Notes: generated by a model not told the origin, from the sequence alone. A stretch of DNA of 64,000 nucleotides from Anolis carolinensis (GCF_035594765.1 NC_085845.1:28328024-28392023); one strand, 5' to 3'; counted from the first letter of the stretch, positions 1-14,188 are shown. Numbers and translations are program-made.

Positions 1-558
1 AAGCACAGACAATACAGATAGCTGAAGAAAAATGAGCAGACTCAACACAACACATGGCATGAGTCATAAACTGGCTCCTGAAAAATATGTGCATGAAAAA
101 TGTTACATAAATGAATGATGTTAGCAAAAACTGTCAGGAGTATTTCAATTAAACAATGATCTAGTAAAAAATGTGGAAAATTGCATGGTGTGTTAAGAGA
201 TTGTCTGTGGAAATGTAGGAATTATAATTTCTTCAACCACAGCTTATTAATAATGTGGGCGAACCTTGCAAAACATATTCTGCATGGTTAGCTTCAGGGT
301 CTTTTAGGGCAGAATTGGTTCATCTGTGACCTAGTGCTTAAAAAACACAACTATGTTAAATAACAAAAGTTTATTTAAACAAATTTGTAGTCAACTCCTA
401 ATAGCCTCTGTTCCCTCCATCTCAGATTTTCTGTTCATATGCTGACTTACTTCCTGCTGATATCCTAAACCAGGGGTTCTCAAACTTTTTCAGCCACTGA
501 TGGCTTTTAGAAGGAAAGGTTTCTTGTGAAGCCCCAATAAAAATGTATATGATTATAT

Positions 559-564
<6 letters not shown>

Positions 565-616
<52 letters not shown>
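565..616. repeat. (TA)n microsatellite
   Basis: Directly visible. Confidence 0.95.
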
Positions 617-619
<3 letters not shown>

Positions 620-1130
620 GCATGGGCAAACTTTTGGATACGGAGGCCGCATTGAGTTTTAAAATTTGACAGATGGGCTGGGCCAGTGGCAGATGGATGG
701 AGAATGTTTGTGTGAACTAATTGAAAAAAATGAACAAATTCCTATGCACACTGCACATATCTAGTTTTTGTGCCAAAAATAACAAAAAATGCAATATTTA
801 AAATGTTAACCCACACAAACATAACAGTATTTCAGCGGAAGACCCCAGGGGCCATCTAGTCCAACCCCTTCTACATGTAGAAAAAGCACAATCAACGCAC
901 TCCCAACAGATGGCCATCCAACCTTTGTAACAACAACAACAATAGGAGCAACCTCAGGGCTGTCCAGTCCAACCCCTTCTGCCATGCAGTAAAGGCACAA
1001 ATCAAAGCACCCCCAACAGATGGCCATCCAGCCCTAGTAGTAGTAGTAGCAGTAGTAATAATAATAATAATAGCAGAAACCCCAGGGGACATCTAATCCA
1101 ACCCCTTTCTGCTATGTAGCAAAAGAAGCA
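617..1130 (+). mobile_element. Partial hAT element with tandem CR1-3'-end units
   Basis: Starts CAGGCATGGGCAAACTT; three CR1 3' UTR-like units at 838-1125; distal TIR not found. Confidence 0.65.
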
Positions 1131-1179
1131 AAGGGGTTTTGGAATCAAGGAAGGCACCAGAAAGGATCTGCATGGTGAG

Positions 1180-1315
1180 GAAGGGAAGGAAGGAAGAAAG
1201 GGAAGGAAAGGAAGGAAGAAAGCGGAAGGGGTAGGGGAAGCGGAAGGGAGAGAGAAAAGAGAAGGAAGAAAGGAGGGATGAAGGAAGGAAAAGAAGGAAG
1301 GGAAGGAAGGGGAAG
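1180..1315 (+). repeat. Polypurine (GGAA-like) tract
   Basis: Directly visible. Confidence 0.9.
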
Positions 1316-4300
1316 TTGTATAATAGCTCCTAAATCATCAGCTTGGCTTTCATCTTTAAAACTGAACAAGGACATTTTTCAGCGTGAGTTTTGGCAACAG
1401 TCAGAAAGCAGCCTTTCACAAGAGTTTCTCTAACTGTGTAATAAGAACACAGGTCTGGATGAACTGAGACTTGAAGAGAATGATGGTTTTAGGACAAGAC
1501 TGTATGACTGTGTGTCCAAGGACAATGAATCAGCATGTTTTGCATTTTGTAAGCACTTTCCATGCCAGATGCAAATTATTACATGACTCAGTCTTAAAAC
1601 AAACTCTCAGTACTTCTGTTTTTTCTTATTAGTCTTGCATTGTTAGAAATGAACAACATGTGCAAACTGTGCTGTGCTAAATTTTCGGTGTAACAGTTTA
1701 TGTCTGGTTGTGACATAGACTCCTTTAGTTACCTTAGTGGGCAACCCACACGGTGGACTGGAGTTGAGGAAGTGACTCCCTGATGTTTCTGCCAGATGTT
1801 CCAGTACGATCTTGATAGCATCACCCATAGTTTTCTTCGGAAGAACCTGTCTTATTTGAGATATAATTTTACTGTGGCTCTGGTCCCCAGGTGGGAGATG
1901 TGTTATTCCATTACAAGTGGCTTCAACATGTAATTATATCCATTCTTCTTAAAAAGTAACTTTCTAAGCTTAGCTATAAATGTACACCCAACTTGGAATG
2001 GTACTCTCTATTATAGTATATGAGAAAAACTATTTGAGAGATTACATTCTCACATACAAAGCTGCATCTGACTCTGGACCGTGATAGTAAAACCATTTTC
2101 GGGTAACTTCATTGGATTGTAAAGTATTTTTTATATATAAGGCTGTTATGGAATACTATTTGAAATCTTTAACATTGAAAAGAGGCAGTGATGTAGGGGA
2201 ACACTAGATGGATTGGGAGGAGTCATTCCCTGGCTGTGTGATAAATCTGATCCGCATTATTTTATTCGATACGGAAAGGAAAGAAGCGTGTGAGATGGGG
2301 TGAATAGGTATCCAGTTCTCATCTAGCATTCTTAAATGATGGGTTACCTACCTAAAACATGTTTTCCAAATTGTGTGTGATAAGGTCCTTAGCCTGTTGG
2401 GAGATCTGAGCTTTTTTTTATTGTGAGCTACTCTGACTCCCAGTTTTGTGAGAAAGGCGAAATATAAAACAAACACATGCACGCACATATGACACAAGTG
2501 GACTTTGTAACAGGGGACAAGTTTCGACAATAGTTGAGAACCTGCAGACCAGTGTACACCACAGCAATGGCAGGAGTAAAAAGAATGTGAGCAGAGAAGA
2601 GGAAATGACAGAAAAAGCCACTTTATCACCATCCAGAGAGGTAGTTGAATAGCCTATTTTTCCAGTGCCTGGCTCTTAGATGGGTCCTCAAAACTAAAGT
2701 TCATTTTTAAGTTGGCATGAGCAATTTTCCACAGCAAACTGTGCCAAAGCAACTTTATCTTTGAAGACACACCCTGAAAACACTGCCTTCATATGGCAAC
2801 AGTATGACTTTCTCTGCTTTCTTACTGAAACCAGTGTTCAGTCCTGAAAACCAGTGTATTATGCCAGCATAATATATCACTGTGCTATGCCAGATGTTGC
2901 TCCTAATCAAGCCTCTTTAGCAGATAGAACCTTCTGATTTCATGTCTTATAGTTTGAACTGATGTATGCCAAAATTTCATATGCTAAACAGTAAGCGATT
3001 AACATACTTATGTATTGGTAAATGTTATTGCTTAACGTTTACCCACTGGGATGTGACATTAAGGCCTCCCATAGACATGTTTATGCAGAATTAGATTTAA
3101 AGAGGCATTTTATGATGGTGTCACCTGTAAACAATGTCTCAAAGTTTCATCCAATTGCCGTAGAGAGTTTTTCTTACCAAACAGAAATGATTGGGGAAAA
3201 TCATCTAATGCATTTGGATCTATTTTATGTATTTATGTTCATAAGGAAGGAAGGCAGGCTGATATGATAGTTGCTGGGAAGCAACAGCACTTGGTTCGAG
3301 TTTGTTCTGACAGCATTCCAACAATCATGTTCATGATCAAGCAGAAAGAAAGAAAAAACTCATTGGTTCAGGGTGAGGTGTCATAAATTGATTTCCAAAC
3401 TCTGCTTATTAATCTACAAGAAGTGGTCAGTTAATTACGTGAAAAGCAGCTCATTTAATCCCAAGACAGTTGCTTTGCTTTGTGGACACTTGGAAGCTCA
3501 CATAGTGTTTCAGTTCCTCACTGGAGTTCACTGATTGTCAAAGAGAAATATGACCGTCTGGAGTTAGGAGCTGAAGGTAGAAACCACCCTTGTTTTGGAG
3601 TATCAAGGAAAGATTAACTGCTTAAAACTTCTAGGAATGATGGGTTTTGGCTGAGCTTGGCATATCTGGCAGAGTTTGTGGTTTCAAAGGAAAATGCCAC
3701 TATTGCTCACTGTGGTAACATTTAAGTTTTTATAGCCAAATTCCATTTATAGATACAAGGAACTGGTGTTTAAAATAGTGCTTCATTTTCTCAACTTGAT
3801 GATATTCTGGAAAGATATACTTCTTGAAAATAATTTCAAAAGGGGAAATAACCCTCTTGTGCAAATCTTTATGCTGGATAAATTCAGGAGATATTTTCCA
3901 GTTGTAGTTCATTTCTGCCACCTAATCTCCAAGAAGTTCTTTGGAATTCAAGTTTCCAGAATGCACTTGCTAAAAGCAACTTCCAGCAAACCTTTTTTTT
4001 TTTTTTGTAATTTTCAGTTGAAATATTTTGCTGCACATATGGTTATGAAAACAAAGCAGTACATCAGGCTTGACAACGTGATTTGCCTCTTCACGGATAA
4101 GAACTGAGGCACATCATGCATGTTTTATTGATAAATAAAATAAAACCATTTTACAGATGCTTTAAGTTATTTTACCCATGCTATTTTAAAGTCTAAATAA
4201 AAATCACAGATGTAGTTTGAAGGAGCAGGATATTTTTGTATTTATTAAAAGGATATGGGCCAAACAAAATTTGAGGAACACTGCTCTTTGGGTTGTGCCA

Positions 4301-4890
4301 TTTTCCCAACCCAAACAGAGGAACTCACAGCTGATGCCTAATCCCCCCCATTCCTCACAGGGCTGAACCTGATAGTAGCTTCCTTAACAAACAGCATGCA
4401 AGACTTCTTTGCAGCCACATTTCTTTGCATGCTAATCATACCATAGTTGCAAGCCCCGCCACAATGTCCTTCTCAGAGAGTCATGAAAGGAATTCCTGCC
4501 AGCTGATATTTACAGTACTACTTCCTCCCCCACCCCTATTTTATGTCCCTCCATTCACCTGATCTTTTCCACTCACTTAGCGGGAAGTCTGTAAAGAAGG
4601 CCAATATGAATTCCACATGTAACAATTTTTTAGAGTAGCTTCTTCTATCTCATGCCAGTATTACTCCTTCTACAAAGCCTCTGCAGCTGGATCCCTAGCC
4701 ATACCAAATATTGAACTCTGGGGTAAGCAGTGATTATTTTACTAACCCTCAAATTCTCTACTTCTTCCATCTAAAACATTTATAATTCCTCAATTCACAC
4801 TCAGAATATTCAGCCATTAACTTTAGAAGCTTTGGGATGACAGATTAGTGAATAATTATTATACTACAAAGGGGAATTATTGGAATAAAT

Positions 4891-5375
4891 GGGAGCTCCC
4901 AGTGGCGCAGTGGGTTAAACCCTTATGCTGGCAGGACTGCTGACCAAAAGGTTGGCAGTTCGAATCCAGGGAGTGGGATGAGCTCCCATCTGTCAGCTCC
5001 AGCTTCCCATGCAGAGACATGAGAAAGGCCCCCCCGAAGGATGGTAAAATATGGGCGTCCTCTGGGCAACGTCCTTGCAGAACACCAATTCTTATTTATT
5101 TATTTACAGCCTTTATATTCCGCCCTTCTCACCCCGAAGGGGACTCAGGGCGGATCACATTACACATATAGGCAAACATTCAATGCCTTTTAACATAGAA
5201 CAAAGACAGACAAACATAGGCTCAGAGCGGGCCTCGAACTCATGACCTCCTGGTCAGAGTGATTCATTGCAGTGATTCATTGCAGCTGCTCTCCAGCCTG
5301 CGCCACAGCCCGAGCCAGAAGCGACTTGCAGCTTCTTGCAGCTTCTCAAGTCGGTCCTGGCATGGGAAAAAATGG
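4891..5375 (+). mobile_element. tRNA-derived SINE interrupted by an L2-tailed SINE (5091-5313, minus)
   Basis: Head GGGAGCTCCCAGTGGCGCAG...GTTCGAATCC; insert is the reverse complement of 55359-55571. Confidence 0.85.
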
Positions 5376-5505
5376 AATAGTGTAGCACAAGGGTTTGATT
5401 TAAAGTTAGTATTACGCATTATTAGTTCTAAACCCTTCTGAACAATTTTGTCAAGAAACCTGGGACAATTTGCCTTAGGTCTACCATGTCAGAAATGGCT
5501 CAAAG

Positions 5506-5545
<40 letters not shown>

Positions 5546-7939
5546 GAACTCTAATTTGTTTGGACTATAGTTTTACTTCTCCTCCAGCTAGCATGGACAC
5601 TGGAAGATTTGGGAGATATTGTCTCCCAAGCTCTGTGCAAAGCCTTCCAGTCAAGACCTCCTCATTCAGTGGGGAAAATGTGAATTTATAAAACTGTCTA
5701 TGAATCTCTAGGTTCCATAAGAGATTGGTACAGAGTTGTAGCAGAAGATTTCAGAGGGACCATATTAATCAAATTAATAAATAATCAAAAGTTAAACTCA
5801 CAAATGCGGAGATCCGTTTGTACAGCTAAAACTACATTAGCAACTGCTTGCCTCATATCAGACAAAGAACAGACTACCTCCACTTAGGCTTTACTCCATT
5901 AGGCTTTATTCCATTCCTAATGGAACTGACCTATGTAGGAAAGGAACCGAATGTGTCAGAAAATTTTCCTATGAATCCAGTCTCTCCTCTGCCATTCAGT
6001 CTCATCAGTCTGGCTGCTACCATCCACACTGAATGAAAAGCAGATCATTCAAGTTGCATTACCATCATACAGGAGGCTGTTCAACAGTCTGTGCATCTAA
6101 ATGTAAAAGATGCTTCCATACAAGGTTTGCCAGGAACTCACAACCTTAACAGAATAACAAAGCAATCTAACAACACTATACAGATGATGGAAGAAACCTC
6201 TAGTATGGTTCCCTTTCAATTACCCCGCAAAAGAGTACACACAAACAAGAAGGTTCAGCATGAGACAAAAACATTAATGTGCTTTAGACAGGAAAAAGTC
6301 ATTATAAAGAAATAATCAGGATTTCAATGACTGCTATTTTTAAACCTCTGTATACCTGCCTACTTTCACTGAATGCTAGAGCCCTGTAAGTAGGAATTCC
6401 CACCCAAAATAGGAGACGAACCTCTGAATTGACACATTATAATAATGCCAAAAACTTTATATTACATAATAATGACTGAGGCTCAAACAAATAACCCTTC
6501 CTTCTCAATGTAATCCCCCCTCTTTCTGCATTTGTTTTAAAAGGTTTGGTACTAAATGAAAGCATTTTAATTGCTTTATGAACCTGCCTGTTTTCTGGCT
6601 CTCCATACCAGAGCTTGGAAAGTTTCATTTAAGAAGAATGATACATGCATATTTCTTACATTACTTTACAACTCTAATATAATAAGATGGATACAATCTT
6701 TCAGAATTCTGACCAGCAGGTTGTATATTATTCATAATCTTCAAAACACATTTTTCCAGAAAAAAATTGTCTATAAAAGTACCATATAGATAGAATAACA
6801 CATTGAAACCACTCATTACGCTGTATGGTTAGAAATGACTCAGAAAGGGGCTTTTTGTTTCTAAGGATTCTAATTGCATGAAGTCAATTAATTGGCATGT
6901 TTTTGAAATGTAATGCAAAATATGCTAATTGCAAATACACCATGGGCTTCAGTGGTCCATCCAATTATATATTTATCGGTTTGACTCTTACTAGGAACAA
7001 GTTATCCTCTCAGAGTTGCTTCCCTCCACTTCTGACTAAAAGTGATAATCAAGGTACTCCCATCATGACCCCAGGGCTTGTGCCTCCTTTATGTACACAG
7101 CAGGAAAACACCTCCCACGTCTACACTTGGAGAAAATATCTACTGCTTTGTGCCCCATTCCTTTCATCTACTTGCCAGAGTCCCAACATCACTGCTTCCC
7201 ATTTACTTTAGTGTAGTTAATTAGCAACTCGTATCTATAATGAGAAGCAAAGGTAATATTTCAGCACCTTATTAAACTGGCTAAGCTGCAGGATGCTAGT
7301 CTAATTTCGTAGGTGCCAATTGTCTTTTTGAAGAACAGCCTCTATAGCATGAGCAAAAGATGTACATATACACAGAGACAGGTACAGCATGAGCAATTGG
7401 CTACTTTTAACAGACTCCCCAATTAATTAGATGCTTATGGAAAAAATTTAAAACATTTCCCATGGTGCAAAAATATGTGTTTCTCTGAGTGTAGTTGAGC
7501 TTATGAAAATGCACATTCCTCCCAAAATCCAAGATGTGAAATGCTTAAAATTGTATTTATATTTAAGCATGCTTCTGTCCTATCCAAATTTAGCGCAGAT
7601 GAAAGAGACATATTTTCTATAAGTAAGGATAAATTCAGATGCTAGATTTTTAAAAATTACATCTCAAAATGTCACAACAGGAGCTAAAATGCAAGTCAAT
7701 CACATGCAAATCTGACAGTTTAGGATGGTTGGATATATGTATTGACTGCATGGATCTGTCGCACATCTATCCTACAAGCCTGTGAACAAGCACATATCTA
7801 TGCTATACAAGCACCTAAAATTTTCTGAAATGCCAAGTATATTCTTAGGAATCTGAAACTTGCCCCTTTACACCTTCAGCCCAAACACCTTGAAATAAAT
7901 GTCTATCAAACTAGTCGAATATGCTGCCTTGAAGTGTGG

Positions 7940-8066
7940 TGGCATCATCTCCTCAGAAGTTTTTAAGCAGAGGCTGGATTGTCATCTGTCATGACTGGTT
8001 TGTTTCCTGCAATCCAGGGGTTGGACTTGATGACCCTTGTGGTCTCTTCCAACTTTATGATTCTAT
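7940..8066 (+). mobile_element. CR1 3' UTR fragment
   Basis: TTTTAAGCAGAGGCTGGAT...GGTCTCTTCCAACT...GATTCTAT. Confidence 0.8.
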
Positions 8067-8069
8067 AAA

Positions 8070-8420
8070 CAAAGTTATGACTGTGCTATGATACACAGAA
8101 GAAAATCAACAAATTTGAAGTGTGGTGTTAGAGGAGAATTCTATGGCTATCATGGCTAACTAAAAAGAAAAAAATAAATGGAAACTACAGGAAAGCAAGC
8201 CTGAGCTCTGGTTAGAAGTCAAGGTGACTAAACTCAGGCTGTTGTACTTTGAAAATCTCATGCAGTGATGTGACTCACTAGAAAAGACAATAATGCTCAG
8301 TTAAGTGGAAAAGGAGTAGATTTGCATTCAGGTCAATCATTTCACAAGGAAGTCATAGCCTTCAGTTTATTGTTGATGACTGGAGTTCCTGAAGGTCTCC
8401 AATTCAAAGTGTCAATGACA
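8070..8420 (+). mobile_element. Degenerate RTE/BovB-like LINE fragment
   Basis: Remnant FE.WC.RR.L..W...KVTKLRLLYF...LEKTIML. Confidence 0.6.
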
Positions 8421-8556
8421 CCAAATAACAATGATGTGCCCTAGAGACTTCAGTCTCAACACACCCCTGTATGGAAACCACAGTTTCATAAAGTCCTGGG
8501 ATTTTCTGACCTGGCAGCTCTCAGTACATAAGCAGTTCTGATTGTGTGTCTCAACT

Positions 8557-8946
8557 GCAAAATAAGATGCATGAAGTTGATTGGTTGAGCCATGTCAGAA
8601 GAGCTGGTAAGCCTGGGAGTTTTGATACTGTTGTGATTTTGTTCAGGCCTGAGCTAAGCAGGTGCAGAGTGACAGTTAGAAGAATGAAGCAGAAAGGGAG
8701 AGACAGAGTTTGAAGTGTGCTCTTGCTCCATGAGCTGCTGGAAGGAATGCATCCATATGGGCAAAGAAAAGACTATTTTAAATCTCTCATAAAAGGACAT
8801 TATGTGAGTTGGTGAAACTGAGCACATTATACATATGTTGTTTTGGTTTTAGAAGATTAAACCATTTGTTATTTATTGTTCACCAGTGTGGCACATATCT
8901 TCTTTCTCTGGCCAAGCAGTGCGTGGACTATTTATACTACGTCACA
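8557..8946 (+). mobile_element. Second, diverged copy of the same LTR
   Basis: Colinear similarity to 34346-34749, ends GTCACA; 5' boundary unclear. Confidence 0.7.
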
Positions 8947-8987
8947 AGGTTTGCACACCTTCAAGTCACCTGTTGACTTATGGTGGC

Positions 8988-9630
8988 CTCCCAACGGTGT
9001 TCTATGCCTGCGAAACATGGTCTGTCTACAAACATCACACTCAACTCCTGGAACGAGTCCATCCGTGTTGCCTCTGAAAAATCCTGCAGATCTCTTGGGA
9101 AGACAGGCAGACAAATATCAGCGTGCTGGAAGAAGTAAAGACAACTAGCACTGAAGCAATGTTCCTAAGCCATCAACTCCGCTAGACTGGCCACATTGTC
9201 CGAATGCCTGATCACTGTCTCCCAAAGCAGTTACTATATTTCCAACTCAAGAACAGAAAACGGAATGTTGGTAGACAGAAAAAGAGATTTAAAGATGGGC
9301 TTAAAGCTAACCTTAAAAACTGTGGCATAGACACCTAGAACTGGAAAGCCTTGGTCCTTGAGTACTCTAGCTGGAGGTCAGATGTGACCAACAGTGCTGT
9401 GGAATTTGAAAAGGCATGAATGGAGGCAAAAGGGAGAAACATGCCAATAGGAAGGTGTGTCAAGCCAACCCTGACCAGGACCACATTCCCCCTAAAAACC
9501 AATCTCCTCGCTGTGGAAGAACATGTGAGTCAAGAATAGGGCTCCTAAGTCACCTACATACCCACCGCCAAGACACTACACTTGGGAGGCCATCATACTC
9601 TGACAACAAGAGATCACCTAAGTAAGTATG
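8988..9630 (+). mobile_element. RTE-clade LINE 3' fragment
   Basis: LPTVFYACETWSVYKHHTQLLER... with a degenerate C-terminal zinc-finger-like CGRTCESRIGLLSHLHTH; (TAAG) tail. Appears inserted in a 5S-type SINE. Confidence 0.88.
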
Positions 9631-11024
9631 TAAGGTGGCCCCATGAATTTCATAGGCTAGGCAAGGAATACTGAGAGCTCCTTCCTCTGTATTATAGCCC
9701 AGAGCTTCTGCCATTCTTTGTAGTTTCCTATCCAAGCATTAAAGCAGTGGTTCCCAACCTGTGGGTCCCCAGATGTTTTGGCCTACAACTCTCAGAAATC
9801 TCAGCTAGTTTACCAGTTGTTACCAGCTGCACTAAAGGAATAAGCCTAATAAGTTTCCAAGTTCAGATGGAATCTAGTACTTTACAGGTAGTGGTTTCTC
9901 AGTAGTCTCCTTCCAAAAGTGATGCACATATATAGACGTTTTGCCAAAAGCAAATAAAAGGCTTAAGATGGGAATGTGGCATCTCCATTATTGGGTAATG
10001 GGCCAGAAACACAGGTAGTACATTAGAGCTTTTTAAAAAGCCCCAACAAAGTGGCTTTTAAAAAAAGAAAAAAAGCCCACACCCTTCCAGAATCGGCAAA
10101 GGGCTCATTATCTCAAACGGTGAGCCTGCATGATCAAAGCCCCGGGAAAGGTCAGGCATTCCAGGAAGAGTGACACTGATGCCTGCAAGCACTCTTCCAG
10201 CATATATTTCTCCCAGCAGAAGCTTCAGCCCAGCACCTAACTGAAGTACATTATCTGGTTACCAGGTGAATTTGCAGATTAGACTTTGAGTAAAGCCAGG
10301 CAAGTTCCTGTCTCTTTCTAAAACTTCAGGAAGAAGAGAAAATTCTCTCCCATCCTCATTCCAAATTAGGCCCACTTCCAATGTAGCTTTGAATACAAAG
10401 CTTTTGCATGCTTGCACGTTTAATAAAATGCACAAGCCACTGGTCTTTGATGTACTAAGCCATACACATCCATGTATTCCGTCATTCTTTGGATGTTTAA
10501 AATTCATAGAATAAAATCCACACACACACACACACACACTCATAGGATTTTATAGGAGAAGGAGCAAGCATGTGTTTTACTTTTGAAAACAACCTGTGAT
10601 TGTGACTTCTTCCCCATATTTTTCATTCCACATAGAGAAAAACAGGCCCAGAGTATATTTTAACTAACACTGGTAGGAGCTCTTTGTCTGTAAATACTCT
10701 GTGGTGCAAAATCTAGACCATGCTTACTACGGAGACCTTTAGAGACACATCCACATGATTACCATTATCACAGGTATTTCATATATCATGAACATAATCA
10801 TATCACAAATATTTCATGTAACAAAAAGACAGGGCTTTAAGCATAGCTTCTCCATCCCATTATCATATGCCTTTACTCCCCTTCACATAATTATCCTGGG
10901 GTATTTTCCAATTGTAATTATCCTGTGCTTTCCCACTACTTTGTCTGTTTTTTTTCACTTCACATATATGATACATATACACACTTCATTATAATGAAAA
11001 GATAAAGGGGCTAGATGTACTTGA

Positions 11025-11260
11025 AGACCTACGTAAATACCTTAAATGCACCAGATCTCATCTTATCTTGGAGGCTAAGCAAGGTCAGCCTTAGTTAGTA
11101 CTTGGATGGGGGACTGCCAGTAAATACCAGTTGCTATAGGCTACATTGCAGAGGAAGAAATTACTTAAACTACTTGAGTGCTCCTTGTCTAAGGAAACCC
11201 TGTGAAAGGTATGGAATTGCCACAAGTTAACAGGTGACTTGAAGGCACATAAACACATAC
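11025..11260 (+). mobile_element. 5S rRNA-derived SINE
   Basis: Degenerate 5S head (GAGGCTAAGCAAGGTCAGCC..GTTAGTACTTGGATGGG...GCTATAGGCT) plus SINE body and tail. Confidence 0.8.
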
Positions 11261-13607
11261 TCACTCGAAGACTTCTGTTTGAAGGCATGCTTAATGCTAA
11301 ATCTAGTCTCATAGGCATCTTGCTAAGGACTTTTACAAAACAGATATCTGAAAGATCCCCTTACCAAAACTATTCCACCCATGATTAAGATATATCTAGA
11401 AAAGCAGAACCTCTCTTGAGTTCTGACACTAGCATTTACAATTCCTAATAATCTCTTCTCTCTTGAGTCATGCACTTCATGTTGACCTCCAGTTGGAAAT
11501 TTCTAATTAGACCCAACATTTGTTGATAAAACGAAATGGATATGGCATGAGATCAAGATTTAATGAGGAAAGATTACAAACACCACAAACTAAATTTGGC
11601 AGAAGAGACATTTAGCTTGGGTTTCTTGAGTTAAGCATGTACACGAAGTATGAATTAGAAGCAACCATGTGATTTTCCATGTATTTTTTTCAGTAGTGGA
11701 AGAAATGGAACATGCTGGTAAATCCAAGCAGAATGTGCAGCCCAAGCATTGCAAAATTTTCACAATGGAAGAAAATTAAGCCATTTTGAAATTTTATAAA
11801 TCAATGGTTATTTACACAATAATATAGCAAACACAACTATAAATTAAGAAACATAAAAGTAAGTGCGATTTAGGATGTGTGTATTTCTTTTAAAAATCAT
11901 TTGTCACTGGTAGCTTTAAAAAGAGTAGGGTAGGAAAAAAGCACAGAATTTTCTTCTGTTAAGTTCAGTGTTCCTTCCACACTTGCTAACCAACCACATC
12001 AACTCACTAAATTAATTTGTGGCCTTAGGCACTACTGGCATATAAGCTTTGTTGGATCTCCAAATAATAATCAAATAAATAAGCAAATAAATATCTATAT
12101 AATTGCATTCTTTGTTTAGGTTTTTTGGTTTCTTTAAAACAGTTCTTTCACAGGTACTTTTATGATGGGAATTTTGGCAACAATAGGAGTATCAACACAG
12201 TAAATATCTCAATTAAGATATTCACATAGGAGCATTAGGTTAGTATTTAGGTTCATTGCTTTTCCTCTTGATAGTAGTTCAGTGAGCAACAATCATGACA
12301 GAGCCTTTTTGTGGATTGCAAATTTCAGACAGGCAAAATCCTTCCCATCTGGAAGGCCCTGCATGATAAAGAAGCTGCATTTGAAATCTAGCTTAGTTAG
12401 CCTGAGGGAAAAATACAACACAGTAACTATGAATGTTAAGACCTCACCACTGCTCTGAAATACTTCCTCTTGATCTTTTGCTAGAACTAGGGTACGTTTC
12501 CACAGAAGCAGCAACCATGCATATTTCAAGAGAATCCTTGACAAGCCAGAAAGGCTTTAAATTTCTTATACTAGTTATTGTTCTAAAGCAGGATAGGGAA
12601 TCATGCAGCCTAATAGTTATTGCTATAATGAAGAATTCTGAGAGTAGCAGCTCAGCAACATCTGGAGGATTCACTACTTCAATTCCCTGTTCTAAGCCAT
12701 ATGATGCTCCATTATTTAATACAGCATGACCCCTGCATGCACGGTTTATGCAGCTTCACTCATCCACAATTTCACTTTGACCTTCTGTATAAGCTACTTC
12801 TTCTTCTTAGTGTCTCCATTATTATTATTGAAGATAATAGGATTCACTATTATTTATCATGTCATACATCAATGCAAGTCCTGGAACATACCCTCCTGTG
12901 CTGGGAAAATTACCCGACATTGCCTGAATTCATGTTATTGATCCAGGAAGACCCACAAATGATGAAGTTGGCTCTTTAGAGGGAGTGCAACACAGTATAA
13001 TACTACTTGAACATCTCTATTTATATCAGATAGTACTGTATTTCTATCTTGTTTGGATGAAGTCCTGCTTGCCTTCGTTCATCCAAATTTTGCCAGTAAA
13101 GCACATTCTCTGGATTTATATATCTTCTCTGGGATTAGTAGTATTGGAAAAAGAAAAGATGAAGGGAGTGTCGCCAGTGATATTGCAGCCCAGACTTTTG
13201 GATGACGTCCCTGAGTGCCCAATATTAGGCCTTCCAGATGTGCTGGACCTCAACTTCCAGAATTCCTTAAAATTGCTTTTAATGACTATGGCTTTGTGAA
13301 GGAGAAGTTCAAATCATTGGGATGTAAAAGTACTGACAGTTCCAGTGTTTTCACGCAAATGCCAAGGAATGGCAAAATAGTCTAATTTCTGATGTCCTTT
13401 GGGTGAAAGGCAAACATGTTAGTATCTAACAGGTTTTTGGCATTTAATTGACTTTAGTTGTGCTGACGTTCATTTTAATTGGTGGCTGCTATTTTTTTTC
13501 AAATTTAATTGATGTGTTTTCAACAGATTTACTTTTATATATTGATTATATTGTATGCCTCTTTGAATCTCACCCATGGGAGAAAAGCAGGGGAAAAGAA
13601 CAAATAG

Positions 13608-13644
<37 letters not shown>

Positions 13645-13647
<3 letters not shown>

Positions 13648-14170
13648 GCCTCAAGTACCACCTCCCAGCAGCAAAGAACTAGTGGGATCACAAACCTGCA
13701 AAAGTATTGGAAAATGAGCACGTAAAGATACTGTAGGACTTCCGAATCCAGACTGACAAAGTTCTGGTTCACAACACACCAGACATCACAGTTGTGGAAA
13801 AGAAAAAGGTTTGGATCATTGATGTTGCCATCTCAGGTGACAGTCGCATTGACAAAAAACAACAGGAAAAACTCAGCTGCTATCAGGCCCTCAAGATTGA
13901 ACTTCAAAGACTCTGGCAGAAACCAGTGCAGGTGGTCCCGGTGGTGATCGGCACATTGGGTGCCGTGCCAAAAGATCTCAGCTGGCATTTGGAAACAATA
14001 GGCATTTATAAAATTACGATCTGCCAACTGCAAAAGGCCACCCTACTGGGATCTGCGCGCATCTTCCGAAAATACATCACACAGTCCTAGACACTTGGGA
14101 AGTGTTCGACTTGTGATTTTGTGATACAAAATCCAGCATATCTATCTTGTTTACTGTGTCATACAATAAA
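13645..14170 (+). mobile_element. R4/Dong-clade LINE 3' fragment (restriction-like endonuclease) in a (TAA)n tract
   Basis: HNTPDITVVEKKKVWIIDVAISGDSRIDKKQQEKL..YQ PD-(D/E)xK motif; (TAA)n on both sides. Confidence 0.88.
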
Positions 14171-14188
14171 TAATAATAATAATATAAA

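Noticed and set aside
11025-11140. 5S rRNA gene
   Set aside because: Heavily diverged and fused to a SINE body repeated at 46232 and 49755, so it is a SINE head.
13794-14090. 98-aa host gene
   Set aside because: C-terminal endonuclease of an R4/Dong LINE with upstream in-frame stops.
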